Assembly: GCA_017471365.1 (NCBI GenBank)
Contig: JAFUUC010000003.1
Location: 1 to 57,389, forward strand
Reading direction: 5' to 3'
DNA: 57,389 bases
Origin: a bacterium
Lineage (GTDB): Bacteria > Cyanobacteriota > Vampirovibrionia > Gastranaerophilales > Gastranaerophilaceae
The stretch's first letter is position 1. Each line of letters starts with the position of its first letter. The translations under genes were made by a program, and so were the position numbers. Below the pieces are notes generated by a model. It did not search any database and was not told the origin of the DNA. It saw nothing but the letters and a program-made list of their open reading frames with translations. Below, piece after piece: positions 15,231-24,714 of the stretch.

Positions 15231-15644
15231 TTATTTTATTTCAATTTTTGCTCCAACAAATTCCAAAGCTTGTTTAGTTAAGGAAGCTTCTTTTTCTGAA
15301 ATATTAACCATAAAAGTTACCGGTGCAGAGCTTACAATTTGCTTTGCACAATTATAATCGATTCCGGTAATTTGACGTAACGTAGCTAACACCGTAGCCT
15401 TATTTATTCCGGCATCCATCATCGTTAAAGACTTTTTCCCTGTTTTTCTATTAATTATATTTTCTATTTTTTTTATTTTATTAATATTTTTATTATTAGA
15501 TGTTTTTGAAACAACATTATTTGTAAAAAAACCTATAATATCGATTTTATCAAAGTTAATATTGTATTTCTTTTTTAAAAATTCCCTTGCAATAACTACA
15601 ATCATAATCGCTATAGCAAGATAAAAACAAGTCATATCAATCAT
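15231..15644 (-). CDS. membrane-anchored protein carrying a ribosomal L7/L12 C-terminal-domain homologue
   Basis: 137 aa with an N-terminal TM helix (CFYLAIAIMIVVIA). The C-terminus KATVLATLRQITGIDYNCAKQIVSSAP...EASLTKQALEFVGAKIEIK aligns with the rpl[31 protein letters not shown]...[19 protein letters not shown]. Confidence 0.7.
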   Translation of the reverse strand: MIDMTCFYLAIAIMIVVIAREFLKKKYNINFDKIDIIGFFTNNVVSKTSNNKNINKIKKIENIINRKTGKKSLTMMDAGINKATVLATLRQITGIDYNCAKQIVSSAPVTFMVNISEKEASLTKQALEFVGAKIEIK

Positions 15645-15654
15645 ATTAAATGCC

Positions 15655-15698
15655 TTAAAATAAACTATAAACGGGCAATCATTTGTGATTGCCCGTTT
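15655..15698 (-). terminator. hairpin downstream of rplL (terminator or attenuator)
   Basis: AAACGGGCAATC-6 nt-GATTGCCCGTTT, followed on the minus strand by a moderately T-rich tail. Confidence 0.5.
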
Positions 15699-15740
15699 AT
15701 ATTAACACAATTTTGAATGAAAATCAAACTAATTTTTAAA

Positions 15741-16118
15741 CTACTTGATTTCAACAACAGCACCAGCTGCTTCAAGTTGTTTTTTAATTTCTTCAGCTTC
15801 AGCCTTTTTAAGACCTTCTTTAACAGCCTTAGGAGCAGCTTCAACCAAATCTTTAGCTTCTTTCAAACCAAGACCCGTAATTGTTCTAACTTCTTTCAAT
15901 ACAGCGATTTTCTTATCAGCTGGGAAAGAAGCTAATACAACAGAAACTTCAGCATCCGGATCTTCAGCCGGTGCAGCAGCTGCTGCTGGAGCTGCTGCTA
16001 CAGCTACAGGAGCTGCCGCAGATACGCCGAATTTTTCTTCCATAGCCTTAACTAATTCAGCTGCTTCCAACAAAGTTAATTTTTCAATTGATTCCAAAAT
16101 AGTTTCTACATTACTCAT
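15741..16118 (-). CDS. rplL: 50S ribosomal protein L7/L12
   Basis: [24 protein letters not shown]..., an Ala-rich hinge and a conserved CTD. The start is moved to 16118, where AAGGAGAAATAAAA precedes the ATG; the track's start at 16166 is an upstream extension. Confidence 0.95.
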   Translation of the reverse strand: MSNVETILESIEKLTLLEAAELVKAMEEKFGVSAAAPVAVAAAPAAAAAPAEDPDAEVSVVLASFPADKKIAVLKEVRTITGLGLKEAKDLVEAAPKAVKEGLKKAEAEEIKKQLEAAGAVVEIK

Positions 16119-16175
16119 TTTTATTTCTCCTTTTTTTGTTCTTACAAATTTTACATTTTCAAACAAACGCCTAAA

Positions 16176-16700
16176 TTAAGCAGCTTGTTTTTGATCTCTA
16201 ACAGCAGCCATAGCTCTTGTAAGCTGTGACATAACTGCGTTGATAGATCCAACAATACCTGAAGCAGGTGAATTGATAGATCCAAGCATTTTTGCAAAAA
16301 GTTCTTCTTTTGACGGAAGAGCTGCAAGTGCTTTTGTTTCCTCTACTGATAAAAGTTTTCCGTCTAAAACTGCACCAAGAATTTCACCTTTTTTTACTTC
16401 TTTAATGAAATTAGTAACAGCTTTTGCCGGAGCAACCGGATCAGTAAAACCAAAAGCCAAAGCTACAGGACCGGTCATTTTTTCTATCAGAACTTCATAA
16501 GAAGTACCCTTAACAGCAACCTTGGTTAAAGTATTTTTGGTAACCATGTAGTCGCCGCCATCTTTTTGAATTTCACGTCTCAACTTTGTGATTTCTTCAA
16601 CAGACAAACCTTTATAGTCAGTAATAACTGCTACCTGAGCCTTTTCAATTTTAGATTTAATCTCTTCGATTTTCTCTGATTTAAATGCTTTTGTTGACAT
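16176..16700 (-). CDS. rplJ: 50S ribosomal protein L10
   Basis: 174 aa with typical L10 sequence, lying directly upstream of rplL. Confidence 0.95.
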   Translation of the reverse strand: MSTKAFKSEKIEEIKSKIEKAQVAVITDYKGLSVEEITKLRREIQKDGGDYMVTKNTLTKVAVKGTSYEVLIEKMTGPVALAFGFTDPVAPAKAVTNFIKEVKKGEILGAVLDGKLLSVEETKALAALPSKEELFAKMLGSINSPASGIVGSINAVMSQLTRAMAAVRDQKQAA

Positions 16701-17101
16701 TCTTAGCTCCTTTGAATTTGTATAAGCTTGAACAAGTAATTAACTACGTACCTAAACTGCAACTCTTGTAATCATTGCTTGCTAAAGCCTTTTTATCGAC
16801 CTGTGTAAACTAAAAAAGATTCTGCTTTTCTAGTTAAACCGCAAAATCTAAGTCAATACATCTATTTTTGTTTTTTTAGGACAAACGTCCTGTTTAAACT
16901 GTGTATATAACCTCGACCGGCTGTTTGCACTATTTAAACAAATCTCAGGTTCCATATATTCAGGACAAGCCCATTGATTTGCACCGGTTGTCTGCGGCTG
17001 TAAGTTTAAGGTATTATAAACAAAAATAAAAATCAAGTACAGGTAATAATTATTTACAATTTAAATAGCAATTTTCACAAATAAAATGTTTTTATCTATA
17101 T

Positions 17102-17389
17102 ATGGTAGATAGTGTGAACAGTAATATGCATTACGGGACTACGGATGTAGGGATTCTTACACCACCTGACAAATTGCCAAAAACTACATTGTACTCCTAT
17201 ACAGAAGGACAGAAAATGTACAATGATATGCAACACGATATCTACGTAAATTCAAAAAAATCAAAACCCAAAAAGAAAGGATTTCCTCTCGTCTTGAAAA
17301 TCACCGCAGCAATCGGAGCTACCGTCGGACTGATATTGGGCAGAAAAGCTATTTTCAATTTTTTCAAAGGAATTTTTAACAAAACCTAA
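17102..17389 (+). CDS. hypothetical tail-anchored membrane protein
   Basis: 95-aa ORF with a basic patch followed by a C-terminal TM (LVLKITAAIGATVGLILG). Confidence 0.45.
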   Translation: MVDSVNSNMHYGTTDVGILTPPDKLPKTTLYSYTEGQKMYNDMQHDIYVNSKKSKPKKKGFPLVLKITAAIGATVGLILGRKAIFNFFKGIFNKT

Positions 17390-18219
17390 TCTTTGACTTC
17401 AAATTCTCTAAGTTGAGTATATATAAGAGGCGAAAAATCAGGAGTAGTAACTATATCAATTATTTTGTAAGAATTTGGCATCTCTAAAATGGACGGAGAA
17501 GAAATGTGATAAACGCCATTTTTCATAGTTTCGTAATTCACATGAAAATGTCCTGAAACTATTGCCAAAACATTATTATGCTTTTCTAAAACTTCATTAT
17601 ATACTTCAGGTTTATAAGTTTTATGCGTTTTTAGACGATTTTCCATTCCCGCCGGATATTCAATCGGGAAATGCTGAAATATAACAACAGGTTTACCTTT
17701 ATACTTCGTAAGTACTCTGTCTAGCCATTCCAAAGTATCTTTTCTGTAATATCCTGTTGCACCCGGAATAACCTCTTTTGCTCCATCAAGAGTTACAAAA
17801 ACAAACCCGTCTTTTACAAATTTGTAATTAGCACTACGCTGTCTGAAAAATAAATTGCTTTCCCTCAGTATCTCGAAATATCTAACCTTTGACATATTAT
17901 GAGATTTGTAAACATCGTGATTTCCTAATACAATATAATATGGAACGTTCAATTTACTAATGATAGAAACGAATTTTTTCAAATCATCAGGTTCCGGATT
18001 GTTAATATTATCGCCACCAAAAACAACAAAAGAAATATCCGATTGGTTATTTATATCTTCAACTGCACTTTTTAAAACCCTAATTGAATAATCAGAATTA
18101 GCACTCAAATGAGAATCTGTTATTTGGACAAATTTTATATTATCAGCACTCGCAACAGTAACTGAAAAGAACAAAAATAAAACAAAATAAAATAACTTTT
18201 TCATATACAAAAAATACAT
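17386..18219 (-). CDS. secreted calcineurin-like metallophosphoesterase
   Basis: Signal peptide, then DSH, GGDN, GNHD and GHFH motifs. Confidence 0.85.
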   Translation of the reverse strand: MYFLYMKKLFYFVLFLFFSVTVASADNIKFVQITDSHLSANSDYSIRVLKSAVEDINNQSDISFVVFGGDNINNPEPDDLKKFVSIISKLNVPYYIVLGNHDVYKSHNMSKVRYFEILRESNLFFRQRSANYKFVKDGFVFVTLDGAKEVIPGATGYYRKDTLEWLDRVLTKYKGKPVVIFQHFPIEYPAGMENRLKTHKTYKPEVYNEVLEKHNNVLAIVSGHFHVNYETMKNGVYHISSPSILEMPNSYKIIDIVTTPDFSPLIYTQLREFEVKD

Positions 18220-18272
18220 TCTCCCTGCAAAAATAATAACATAAAAGCAAAATATATGCTACAATAAAGGCT

Positions 18273-18518
18273 ATGAGATTAGACAAGTTTTTAAAAGTAT
18301 CAAGATTGATAAAAAGACGTACAGTTGCCAACGAAATTTCAGACACAGGTAGAATTAGCGTAAACGGGAATGAAGCAAAACCCGCAAAGCAAATAAAAGA
18401 AAATGATATTATTGAAATAAAATACGCAACAAGATCAACAAAAATTAGAGTTTTAAAAGTTCCACAAAATAACGTTTCTGTACAAGAAGCACCTTTGCTC
18501 TACGAGATTTTAGAATAG
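18273..18518 (+). CDS. RNA-binding S4 domain protein
   Basis: MRLDKFLKVSRLIKRRTVANEISDTGRISVNGNEAKPAKQIKENDIIEI. Confidence 0.85.
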   Translation: MRLDKFLKVSRLIKRRTVANEISDTGRISVNGNEAKPAKQIKENDIIEIKYATRSTKIRVLKVPQNNVSVQEAPLLYEILE

Positions 18519-18599
18519 ATTAAGTTTTGTAAATAATTAAAAAAAATCTATCAATTATAACCATCAAAAATACTTTATTTAAGTATATAGAGAGTATAT

Positions 18600-18917
18600 A
18601 TGATGGAGATATGCGTCATGGGACTTGAAGTTACGGGTGCAAATACAAATAGAACAATATACACACAAATTGCGAACGATGCAATTCCGATAACACCGCG
18701 AATTGATTTGTCACGGGTAGTAGCTAGTCATACACCACAATTAAAAATGTTGGTATATAACAGAGCCGAAAATATTCGTGGATTTGAGGCTGCGTGTGGC
18801 AATTTTGCACACTTAAGTTCTCGCGATATAAAAGCGACTTTTTTACCTCAGTCAAACTTAGATCCTGAAAGAATTACCGAATCGGATGTTGCAAGAACGA
18901 ACAAAATTTGGGGTTAA
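18600..18917 (+). CDS. hypothetical protein (start more likely at 18618)
   Basis: 105-aa ORF. A GGAGA RBS sits 8 nt upstream of the internal ATG at 18618. Confidence 0.45.
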   Translation: MMEICVMGLEVTGANTNRTIYTQIANDAIPITPRIDLSRVVASHTPQLKMLVYNRAENIRGFEAACGNFAHLSSRDIKATFLPQSNLDPERITESDVARTNKIWG

Positions 18918-18940
18918 GTTTTAGCTAAAGACGACAATAA

Positions 18941-18973
18941 AATCGGCGACAGATTTGAACACTGTCGCCGATT
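18941..18973. terminator. bidirectional hairpin terminator between convergent genes
   Basis: AATCGGCGACAG-9 nt-CTGTCGCCGATT, with A/T-rich flanks. Confidence 0.7.
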
Positions 18974-18998
18974 CTATTTATACTGATACTAAATTACA

Positions 18999-19253
18999 TT
19001 AAGCTGAATAAACGCTTACTTGTTTTCTATCACGTCTGTGAGGTTCAAATTTTACAACACCATCAACCAAAGCGAACAACGTGTCATCTGAACCGATACC
19101 AACATTATTACCAGGGTGAATCTTAGTTCCTCTTTGACGTACAAGGATATTACCTGCTTTAACTGTCTCTCCGCCGAATTTTTTAACGCCTAAACGCTTA
19201 GCCTCGGAGTCACGACCGTTACGGGTAGATCCCATACCTTTCTTATGTGCCAT
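18999..19253 (-). CDS. rpmA: 50S ribosomal protein L27 (no N-terminal propeptide)
   Basis: [24 protein letters not shown]... Confidence 0.95.
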   Translation of the reverse strand: MAHKKGMGSTRNGRDSEAKRLGVKKFGGETVKAGNILVRQRGTKIHPGNNVGIGSDDTLFALVDGVVKFEPHRRDRKQVSVYSA

Positions 19254-19314
19254 TTTTATTTCTCCTTTTTATTTTTTTTAATACCGTCCTAAATTTAATT
19301 CAGGTTATTTAGAA

Positions 19315-19671
19315 CTATTCAGCTGCTTCCACTGTTTCATCTTTTGTAGATTTTTTAGCTGATGTTCTAATCTTCGAAATCATAACTCTTGAAAACTGTT
19401 GTCTGTGACCTTGTTTTTTTCTATAACCCTTTTTAGGTCTTTGTTTGAAAACAATAATTTTCTTAGCTTTATCATTTTTAAGGATTTTACCTTCAACAGA
19501 AGCACCTGCTACATATGGTTGTCCAACTTTAGATTTTTTACCGTTTACAACCATAATAATTTTGTCAAAAACAACTTTTGATTCCGGTTCGCCTTCTAAA
19601 AGTTCCACATCAACATAGCGACCTTCCTCTACTTGATACTGTTTTCCGCCTGTTTCAACAATTGCGTACAT
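19315..19671 (-). CDS. rplU: 50S ribosomal protein L21
   Basis: MYAIVETGGKQYQVEEG... Confidence 0.95.
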   Translation of the reverse strand: MYAIVETGGKQYQVEEGRYVDVELLEGEPESKVVFDKIIMVVNGKKSKVGQPYVAGASVEGKILKNDKAKKIIVFKQRPKKGYRKKQGHRQQFSRVMISKIRTSAKKSTKDETVEAAE

Positions 19672-19893
19672 TTTTTTGTCCTTTCAATTTTGGGATCGTA
19701 ACCCGATAAAAATCCGATTAAAACCTAACATTTTTTGCTATTTACCGGCTATTTCAAATATCGAGTGTTTTTAAAACGATTGCCCGAGTAATCACGTACA
19801 GTAATTATTAATCGATGACAAAGCATTGTCAAGAGGTTTTAATATTTATTAACTTTTAATCACGGCTTAAATTATTTGAAGTAACATAAAACC

Positions 19894-21216
19894 ATGATGT
19901 TTACTAAAGAAGAATTGATTAGCTCAACAGGAGCAAAAGTTTTAAAAGACAACGGCTCAGAAAAGACATTTGAAATTTCTACAGATACGAGAACTATCAC
20001 AGATAAAGCCATATATTTACCCCTAAAGGGAGAAAATTTTGATGGCGAAAAGTTTATTGATTCAGAGAATATTTTTGCATATTTTACAACGAGCAATGTA
20101 GCAACAGACAGAGCGACTTTTGTTCTACAAGTGGAGGATACAAAAAAAGCTTATTTAGAAATTGCACGATATTACAGAGAGAAAATTAATCCAATAACTA
20201 TTGCTATTACGGGCAGTGCTGGCAAAACAACCACAAAAGAGCTGGTTTATTCAGTTGTAAGTCAAAAATACAAAACAAGAAAGACCTTTTCCAACCACAA
20301 TAATGAAATAGGTTTTTGTCAGACCATTTTAGGTATGGAGAAAGATACCGAAGCACTTATAATAGAAGCAGGAATGAGGGGACTTGGGGAGATCGAACTA
20401 ATTTCAAAACACCTAAAACCGGATTACGCAATAATAACCAACTGCGGTAGTGCCCACATCGGCAGACTGGGAAGCCTTGATAACATCGCTATTGCTAAAT
20501 GCGAAATAACTTCCGGATTAAATGAAAACGGCACATTTATAGCTTTGGATCAAAATATAACAAAAAAACATCTTAAATTTAAAGGGGAAAAAATATTTTA
20601 TTCACTACAAGATGTAAATATATTGAACAAAGCTCCGTCATACACAAAATTTGAATACAAAAACAACATATACGAATTAAATGTTGAAGGAGAATATAAC
20701 GTAGAAAATTCTCTATCGGCAATAGAACTAGGGTTCAAATTAGGTTTAACAACTCAACAAATAAAAAATGGCTTAAAATCATATCACCCAATAGAGAAAC
20801 GCTGGGAAGCACAGCAGATTTGCGAGTTTAAATTTATAAACGACAGCTATAATGCAAATCCGGAATCAATGAAAGCTTCTGTAAAGACATTTATAGAGCT
20901 ATATAAAAATCCTGTAGTAATACTTGGAAATATGGGAGAATTGGGAGAAAACGAGATTGAATACCACAAAGAAGTTGGTAGATATTTATCAGGATTGAGT
21001 AAGAATGTGAAATATATAACAGTTGGTTCGTTAGCTGAAGAAATTGCAAAAGAGCTTAAAATTAAAGGAATTGATGTAAAGTGTTTCAATTCTAATATAG
21101 AAACAGCTCGTTACATTGTTGAAAATTTGGATGAGAGTAATACAATATTTTTAAAAGCATCGAGAGCGATGAAATTTGAAGATATAATAGAAAACGTTAA
21201 AAAGAGGGATATATAA
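19894..21216 (+). CDS. murF: UDP-N-acetylmuramoyl-tripeptide--D-alanyl-D-alanine ligase
   Basis: ITGSAGKTTTKE P-loop, Mur ligase architecture, and position upstream of mraY. Confidence 0.9.
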   Translation: MMFTKEELISSTGAKVLKDNGSEKTFEISTDTRTITDKAIYLPLKGENFDGEKFIDSENIFAYFTTSNVATDRATFVLQVEDTKKAYLEIARYYREKINPITIAITGSAGKTTTKELVYSVVSQKYKTRKTFSNHNNEIGFCQTILGMEKDTEALIIEAGMRGLGEIELISKHLKPDYAIITNCGSAHIGRLGSLDNIAIAKCEITSGLNENGTFIALDQNITKKHLKFKGEKIFYSLQDVNILNKAPSYTKFEYKNNIYELNVEGEYNVENSLSAIELGFKLGLTTQQIKNGLKSYHPIEKRWEAQQICEFKFINDSYNANPESMKASVKTFIELYKNPVVILGNMGELGENEIEYHKEVGRYLSGLSKNVKYITVGSLAEEIAKELKIKGIDVKCFNSNIETARYIVENLDESNTIFLKASRAMKFEDIIENVKKRDI

Positions 21217-21219
21217 ACC

Positions 21220-22197
21220 ATGATAATGATAACAGTAGCATTTTTACTAGGGGTAGTGCTGTGCATGCTTTTTGGAGTGCCGTATATTGATATTTTGAAA
21301 AAAAAGACCATTGGACAATATATCAAGGATGTAGCACCGGAAAATCACGCAAAAAAAGAAGGTACACCTACTACGGGGGGAGTGTTTATAATAGCAGCAG
21401 TTATACTTGCATCATTAACAACTCTTTCTTTGGCAAGAGAACTGACAGAAGCCGCTTTAATAGCAATTATGACACTGGTATTTTACACCGCAGCGGGATT
21501 TCAAGATGATTATATCAAGATTAAGGGCAAGGGTAATGACGGTTTAACTCCCAGAGGCAAATTGTTCAGACAAATAGCGATTGCACTTTTACCGACATTG
21601 TTTCTTATAACAACAGATCCGCAAGCTTGTAACTTTGCAATAGGAAACTTTACGATTAATTTGGGGTGGTTTTATCCATTTTTTGCAGTTTTCATAATTA
21701 CTGGAGCATCCAATGCATATAATTTGACTGATGGATTGGACGGACTTGCGGCAGGATGCGGAGTTCCTGCATTCATAGCTTGTTCATTTATACTGATGAT
21801 ATCGGGAAATACAGATTTAGCAATTATATCGGCTGCGGTTGCAGGAGCTTTAATTGGTTTTTTAAAGTACAACAAACCAAAAGCTGAAGTATTTATGGGT
21901 GACACAGGTTCTCTAGCAGTTGGAGGCTTGCTTGGAACGTTAGCTGTTCTTGGAAAATTTGAATTTTTATTGATTTTTATAGCAGCAGTATTCGTTTGGG
22001 AAACTTTGTCTGTGATTATACAAGTAGTAAGTTTTAAAACAACAGGAAAAAGAGTTTTCAAGATGGCACCTATTCATCATCATTTTGAGCTTTTGGGCTG
22101 GAGTGAAAAAAAGATTGTTGCAGTCTTCGCTTTCAAATCCTTTATTTTTTCATTTGCAGCATTGATTTTTTTTGGGATATTTAGGGGATTAATCTAA
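21220..22197 (+). CDS. mraY: phospho-N-acetylmuramoyl-pentapeptide transferase
   Basis: Polytopic membrane protein with NAYNLTDGLDGLA and MGDTGSLAVGG motifs. Confidence 0.95.
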   Translation: MIMITVAFLLGVVLCMLFGVPYIDILKKKTIGQYIKDVAPENHAKKEGTPTTGGVFIIAAVILASLTTLSLARELTEAALIAIMTLVFYTAAGFQDDYIKIKGKGNDGLTPRGKLFRQIAIALLPTLFLITTDPQACNFAIGNFTINLGWFYPFFAVFIITGASNAYNLTDGLDGLAAGCGVPAFIACSFILMISGNTDLAIISAAVAGALIGFLKYNKPKAEVFMGDTGSLAVGGLLGTLAVLGKFEFLLIFIAAVFVWETLSVIIQVVSFKTTGKRVFKMAPIHHHFELLGWSEKKIVAVFAFKSFIFSFAALIFFGIFRGLI

Positions 22198-23534
22198 TGA
22201 GTATAACAGGTAAGAAAATTTTAGTATTGGGACTTTCTAAAAGCGGAATTGCGGCAGCTAAATTTGCAAAAAGCCGCCATGCTAATGTTTATTTGACAGA
22301 ATCAAAATCTGATGTAGATCTCAATAAAGTTAATGAGCTTCAAAATTCAGGGATAAAAGTTGAATACGCACACCACAGTGAAGAATTTATCAACGACACA
22401 GATATAGCTGTTACAAGTCCTGGAATCCCGCCTCATAGCGAAATTATTAAAACATTAAGGACAAAAAATATTCCTGTCATATCGGAACTTGAACTTGCAT
22501 ACCGCGAAAGTGATATTCCTTTCATAATAATTACCGGGACAAACGGTAAAACGACGACAACTTCTTTAACAGAGCATATTTTATTAAAAAAATTTAAAGC
22601 TAAGGCCTGCGGTAATATAGGTTGCCCACCTTGCTCAATTGCAAATGAAAATCTTGATTACTTTGTATGTGAAGCAAGTTCTTTTCAACTTGAGATGAGT
22701 CCTTCACTAAAGCCTTTTATTGCTGTATGGACAAATTTTACGCCGGATCATATTGACTGGCACCAAGGCTTAGAAAATTATTTCAATGCAAAAGCAAAAG
22801 TTTTCAAAAAGCCACAAGCTGCAAAATACTGTGTTTTAAATGCAAAAGATCCTAAACTTGCAGAATTTGCGAATCAAGTTGACGGTGAAGTATTTATGTT
22901 TGGGAATCAAATCGGTCCAAATTGCTGTTACGAAGAAAACGGTATTATAATTTTCCAAAAAGACGGAAATAAAGAAGACATAATTAAGATTTCAGATTGT
23001 CCGCTTATTGGGGAACATAACTACCAAAATATTATGTGTGCAATTATTTGTGCAAAACTTACCGGAGTGGATAATGAAAAGATTAGACAAGCAATAATGA
23101 CATTCAAAGCTCCTGAGCATCGATTAGAAAAAATTTCGTTGTCAAAAGGTATAACTTTTTACAACGATTCAAAAGCAACAAATCCGGAAGCTTCCATAGT
23201 AGCAATAGACTCTTTTAACAATCAAAATGTTGTATTAATTGCAGGCGGACGAGATAAAAATACTGATCTAACAGAATTTTGCCAATCTGTAAAAAGACAC
23301 ATTACAACTGTCATACTAATAGGGGAAGCGACAGATCGTTTTGAACAAAATCTCAGAATAAATGGTTTTTCTAACATAATAAAAGAAAAAACTATTGAAA
23401 GTGCAGTAGATAAAGGAATAGAACTCAAACCTGATGTAGTACTGCTATCACCGGCGTGTGCAAGTTTTGATATGTTTAACAGCTACGAACATAGAGGAGA
23501 AGTCTTCAAAAAGTATGTCTTATCGCGAGTATAA
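22197..23534 (+). CDS. murD: UDP-N-acetylmuramoylalanine--D-glutamate ligase
   Basis: ITGTNGKTTTT, an N-terminal Rossmann-like domain and dcw context. Confidence 0.9.
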   Translation: MSITGKKILVLGLSKSGIAAAKFAKSRHANVYLTESKSDVDLNKVNELQNSGIKVEYAHHSEEFINDTDIAVTSPGIPPHSEIIKTLRTKNIPVISELELAYRESDIPFIIITGTNGKTTTTSLTEHILLKKFKAKACGNIGCPPCSIANENLDYFVCEASSFQLEMSPSLKPFIAVWTNFTPDHIDWHQGLENYFNAKAKVFKKPQAAKYCVLNAKDPKLAEFANQVDGEVFMFGNQIGPNCCYEENGIIIFQKDGNKEDIIKISDCPLIGEHNYQNIMCAIICAKLTGVDNEKIRQAIMTFKAPEHRLEKISLSKGITFYNDSKATNPEASIVAIDSFNNQNVVLIAGGRDKNTDLTEFCQSVKRHITTVILIGEATDRFEQNLRINGFSNIIKEKTIESAVDKGIELKPDVVLLSPACASFDMFNSYEHRGEVFKKYVLSRV

Positions 23535-24714
23535 ATCACTACAAAGACAAAAGGAACAAATGAAAGAACGCAGAAGAAAAAAAAATAATTCTGACGTTAT
23601 TTTGTCTACGCCTGACAAATCTCTTGTAATAATTGTAGCTTTCCTTGTAATTATCGGCTTTTTAGCAATTTTTTCAGCAACAGCCCCAAAATGTATGAGA
23701 GAAGGTGTTAATTTAGTATCTTTTCTTTTGAAACAAATAGCATATGCCGCAGTTGGGTTCTTTGCTATGGGCTTTTTTGCCCGTTACGATTACAAAAAGC
23801 TTGAAAAATGGAATAAAAATTTTTATTGGGTAGTACTTGCTTTACTTGCTCTCGTCCAATTTACTCCTTTGGGAGTTAATGTTAACGGGGCTCAAAGATG
23901 GATAAATCTGGGATTTATGCAACTTCAGCCGTCTGAATTTGCAAAACCTCTGTTTTGTATGCTTCTTGCCTCTACATTTAAAGACAGAGCAAAACTTTCT
24001 GATTTAAACATTTGGTTGAGAACCTACGTTCCAATGCTAATTATACTATTTTTAATTTTGAAACAGCCGAACTTAAGTATGGCGGCAATTTTGAGTTTCA
24101 CTACTCTGATTTTGTTTATTGCAGCAAGAGGATCATTAGTTGTTCTCGGAGTAATAGGCGGAACAGGGCTTGTTGGAATTTTATCTATGCTGCCAAAGTT
24201 TTTACACGGATACCAAATGGATAGAATCACGGTGTGGTTAAATCCTGGGAGTGATGCTCTGGGTAAAGGTTATAATATTATTCAATCTTTGATTGCCTTT
24301 GCTTCAGGTGGGTTTAGCGGAACAGGATATGGCGGATCAATACAAAAACTTGCATATTTGCCGGAATGCCACACAGACTTTATTTTTGCGATTATTGCAG
24401 AAGAATTTGGTTATTTAGGTTGTCTTTTTGTAATTGGTCTTTTTGTTGCATTTGTACACAGAGGATTACGAATTTCAAAAAGATGCAATGATATGTATGG
24501 CAAACTTTTGGCACTTGGTATTACTACTGTTTTTGGATTTCAGGCATTTTTAAATATGGGGGTTTCAAGTTCATTGCTTCCTGTTACCGGTGTAACTTTA
24601 CCATTTATAAGTTACGGAGGAACATCTATTATTGTATCTTTGGCAATGGTGGGAACTCTTTTAAATATTTCAAGACAAAGAATTAAAAGAATAAGGACCG
24701 AAGCTGATGAGTAA
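23515..24714 (+). CDS. ftsW: SEDS-family peptidoglycan glycosyltransferase FtsW/SpoVE
   Basis: Polytopic protein with PSEFAKP and LPFISYGGTS motifs. The start is set at the ATG 23515, downstream of an AGAGGAGAAG RBS; the track's start at 23458 lies inside murD. Confidence 0.85.
   Translation: MSYREYKSLQRQKEQMKERRRKKNNSDVILSTPDKSLVIIVAFLVIIGFLAIFSATAPKCMREGVNLVSFLLKQIAYAAVGFFAMGFFARYDYKKLEKWNKNFYWVVLALLALVQFTPLGVNVNGAQRWINLGFMQLQPSEFAKPLFCMLLASTFKDRAKLSDLNIWLRTYVPMLIILFLILKQPNLSMAAILSFTTLILFIAARGSLVVLGVIGGTGLVGILSMLPKFLHGYQMDRITVWLNPGSDALGKGYNIIQSLIAFASGGFSGTGYGGSIQKLAYLPECHTDFIFAIIAEEFGYLGCLFVIGLFVAFVHRGLRISKRCNDMYGKLLALGITTVFGFQAFLNMGVSSSLLPVTGVTLPFISYGGTSIIVSLAMVGTLLNISRQRIKRIRTEADE

Noticed and set aside
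16119-16166. N-terminal extensions in the ORF track (rplL 16166, pilin 31048, ftsW 23458, rny 40548)
   Set aside because: In each case an internal ATG preceded by a good RBS gives the canonical N-terminus. The upstream codons overlap the preceding gene or the promoter DNA.
15745-16179. 144-aa plus-strand ORF opposite rplL
   Set aside because: It is an antisense shadow of a highly conserved ribosomal protein gene, and the Ala/Ser-rich product is an artefact of the GCN-rich opposite strand.
16848-17036. 62-aa ORF in the rplJ upstream tract
   Set aside because: It has a non-ATG (TTG) start, no RBS and no recognisable family. I treat the region as non-coding and as a possible RNA instead.
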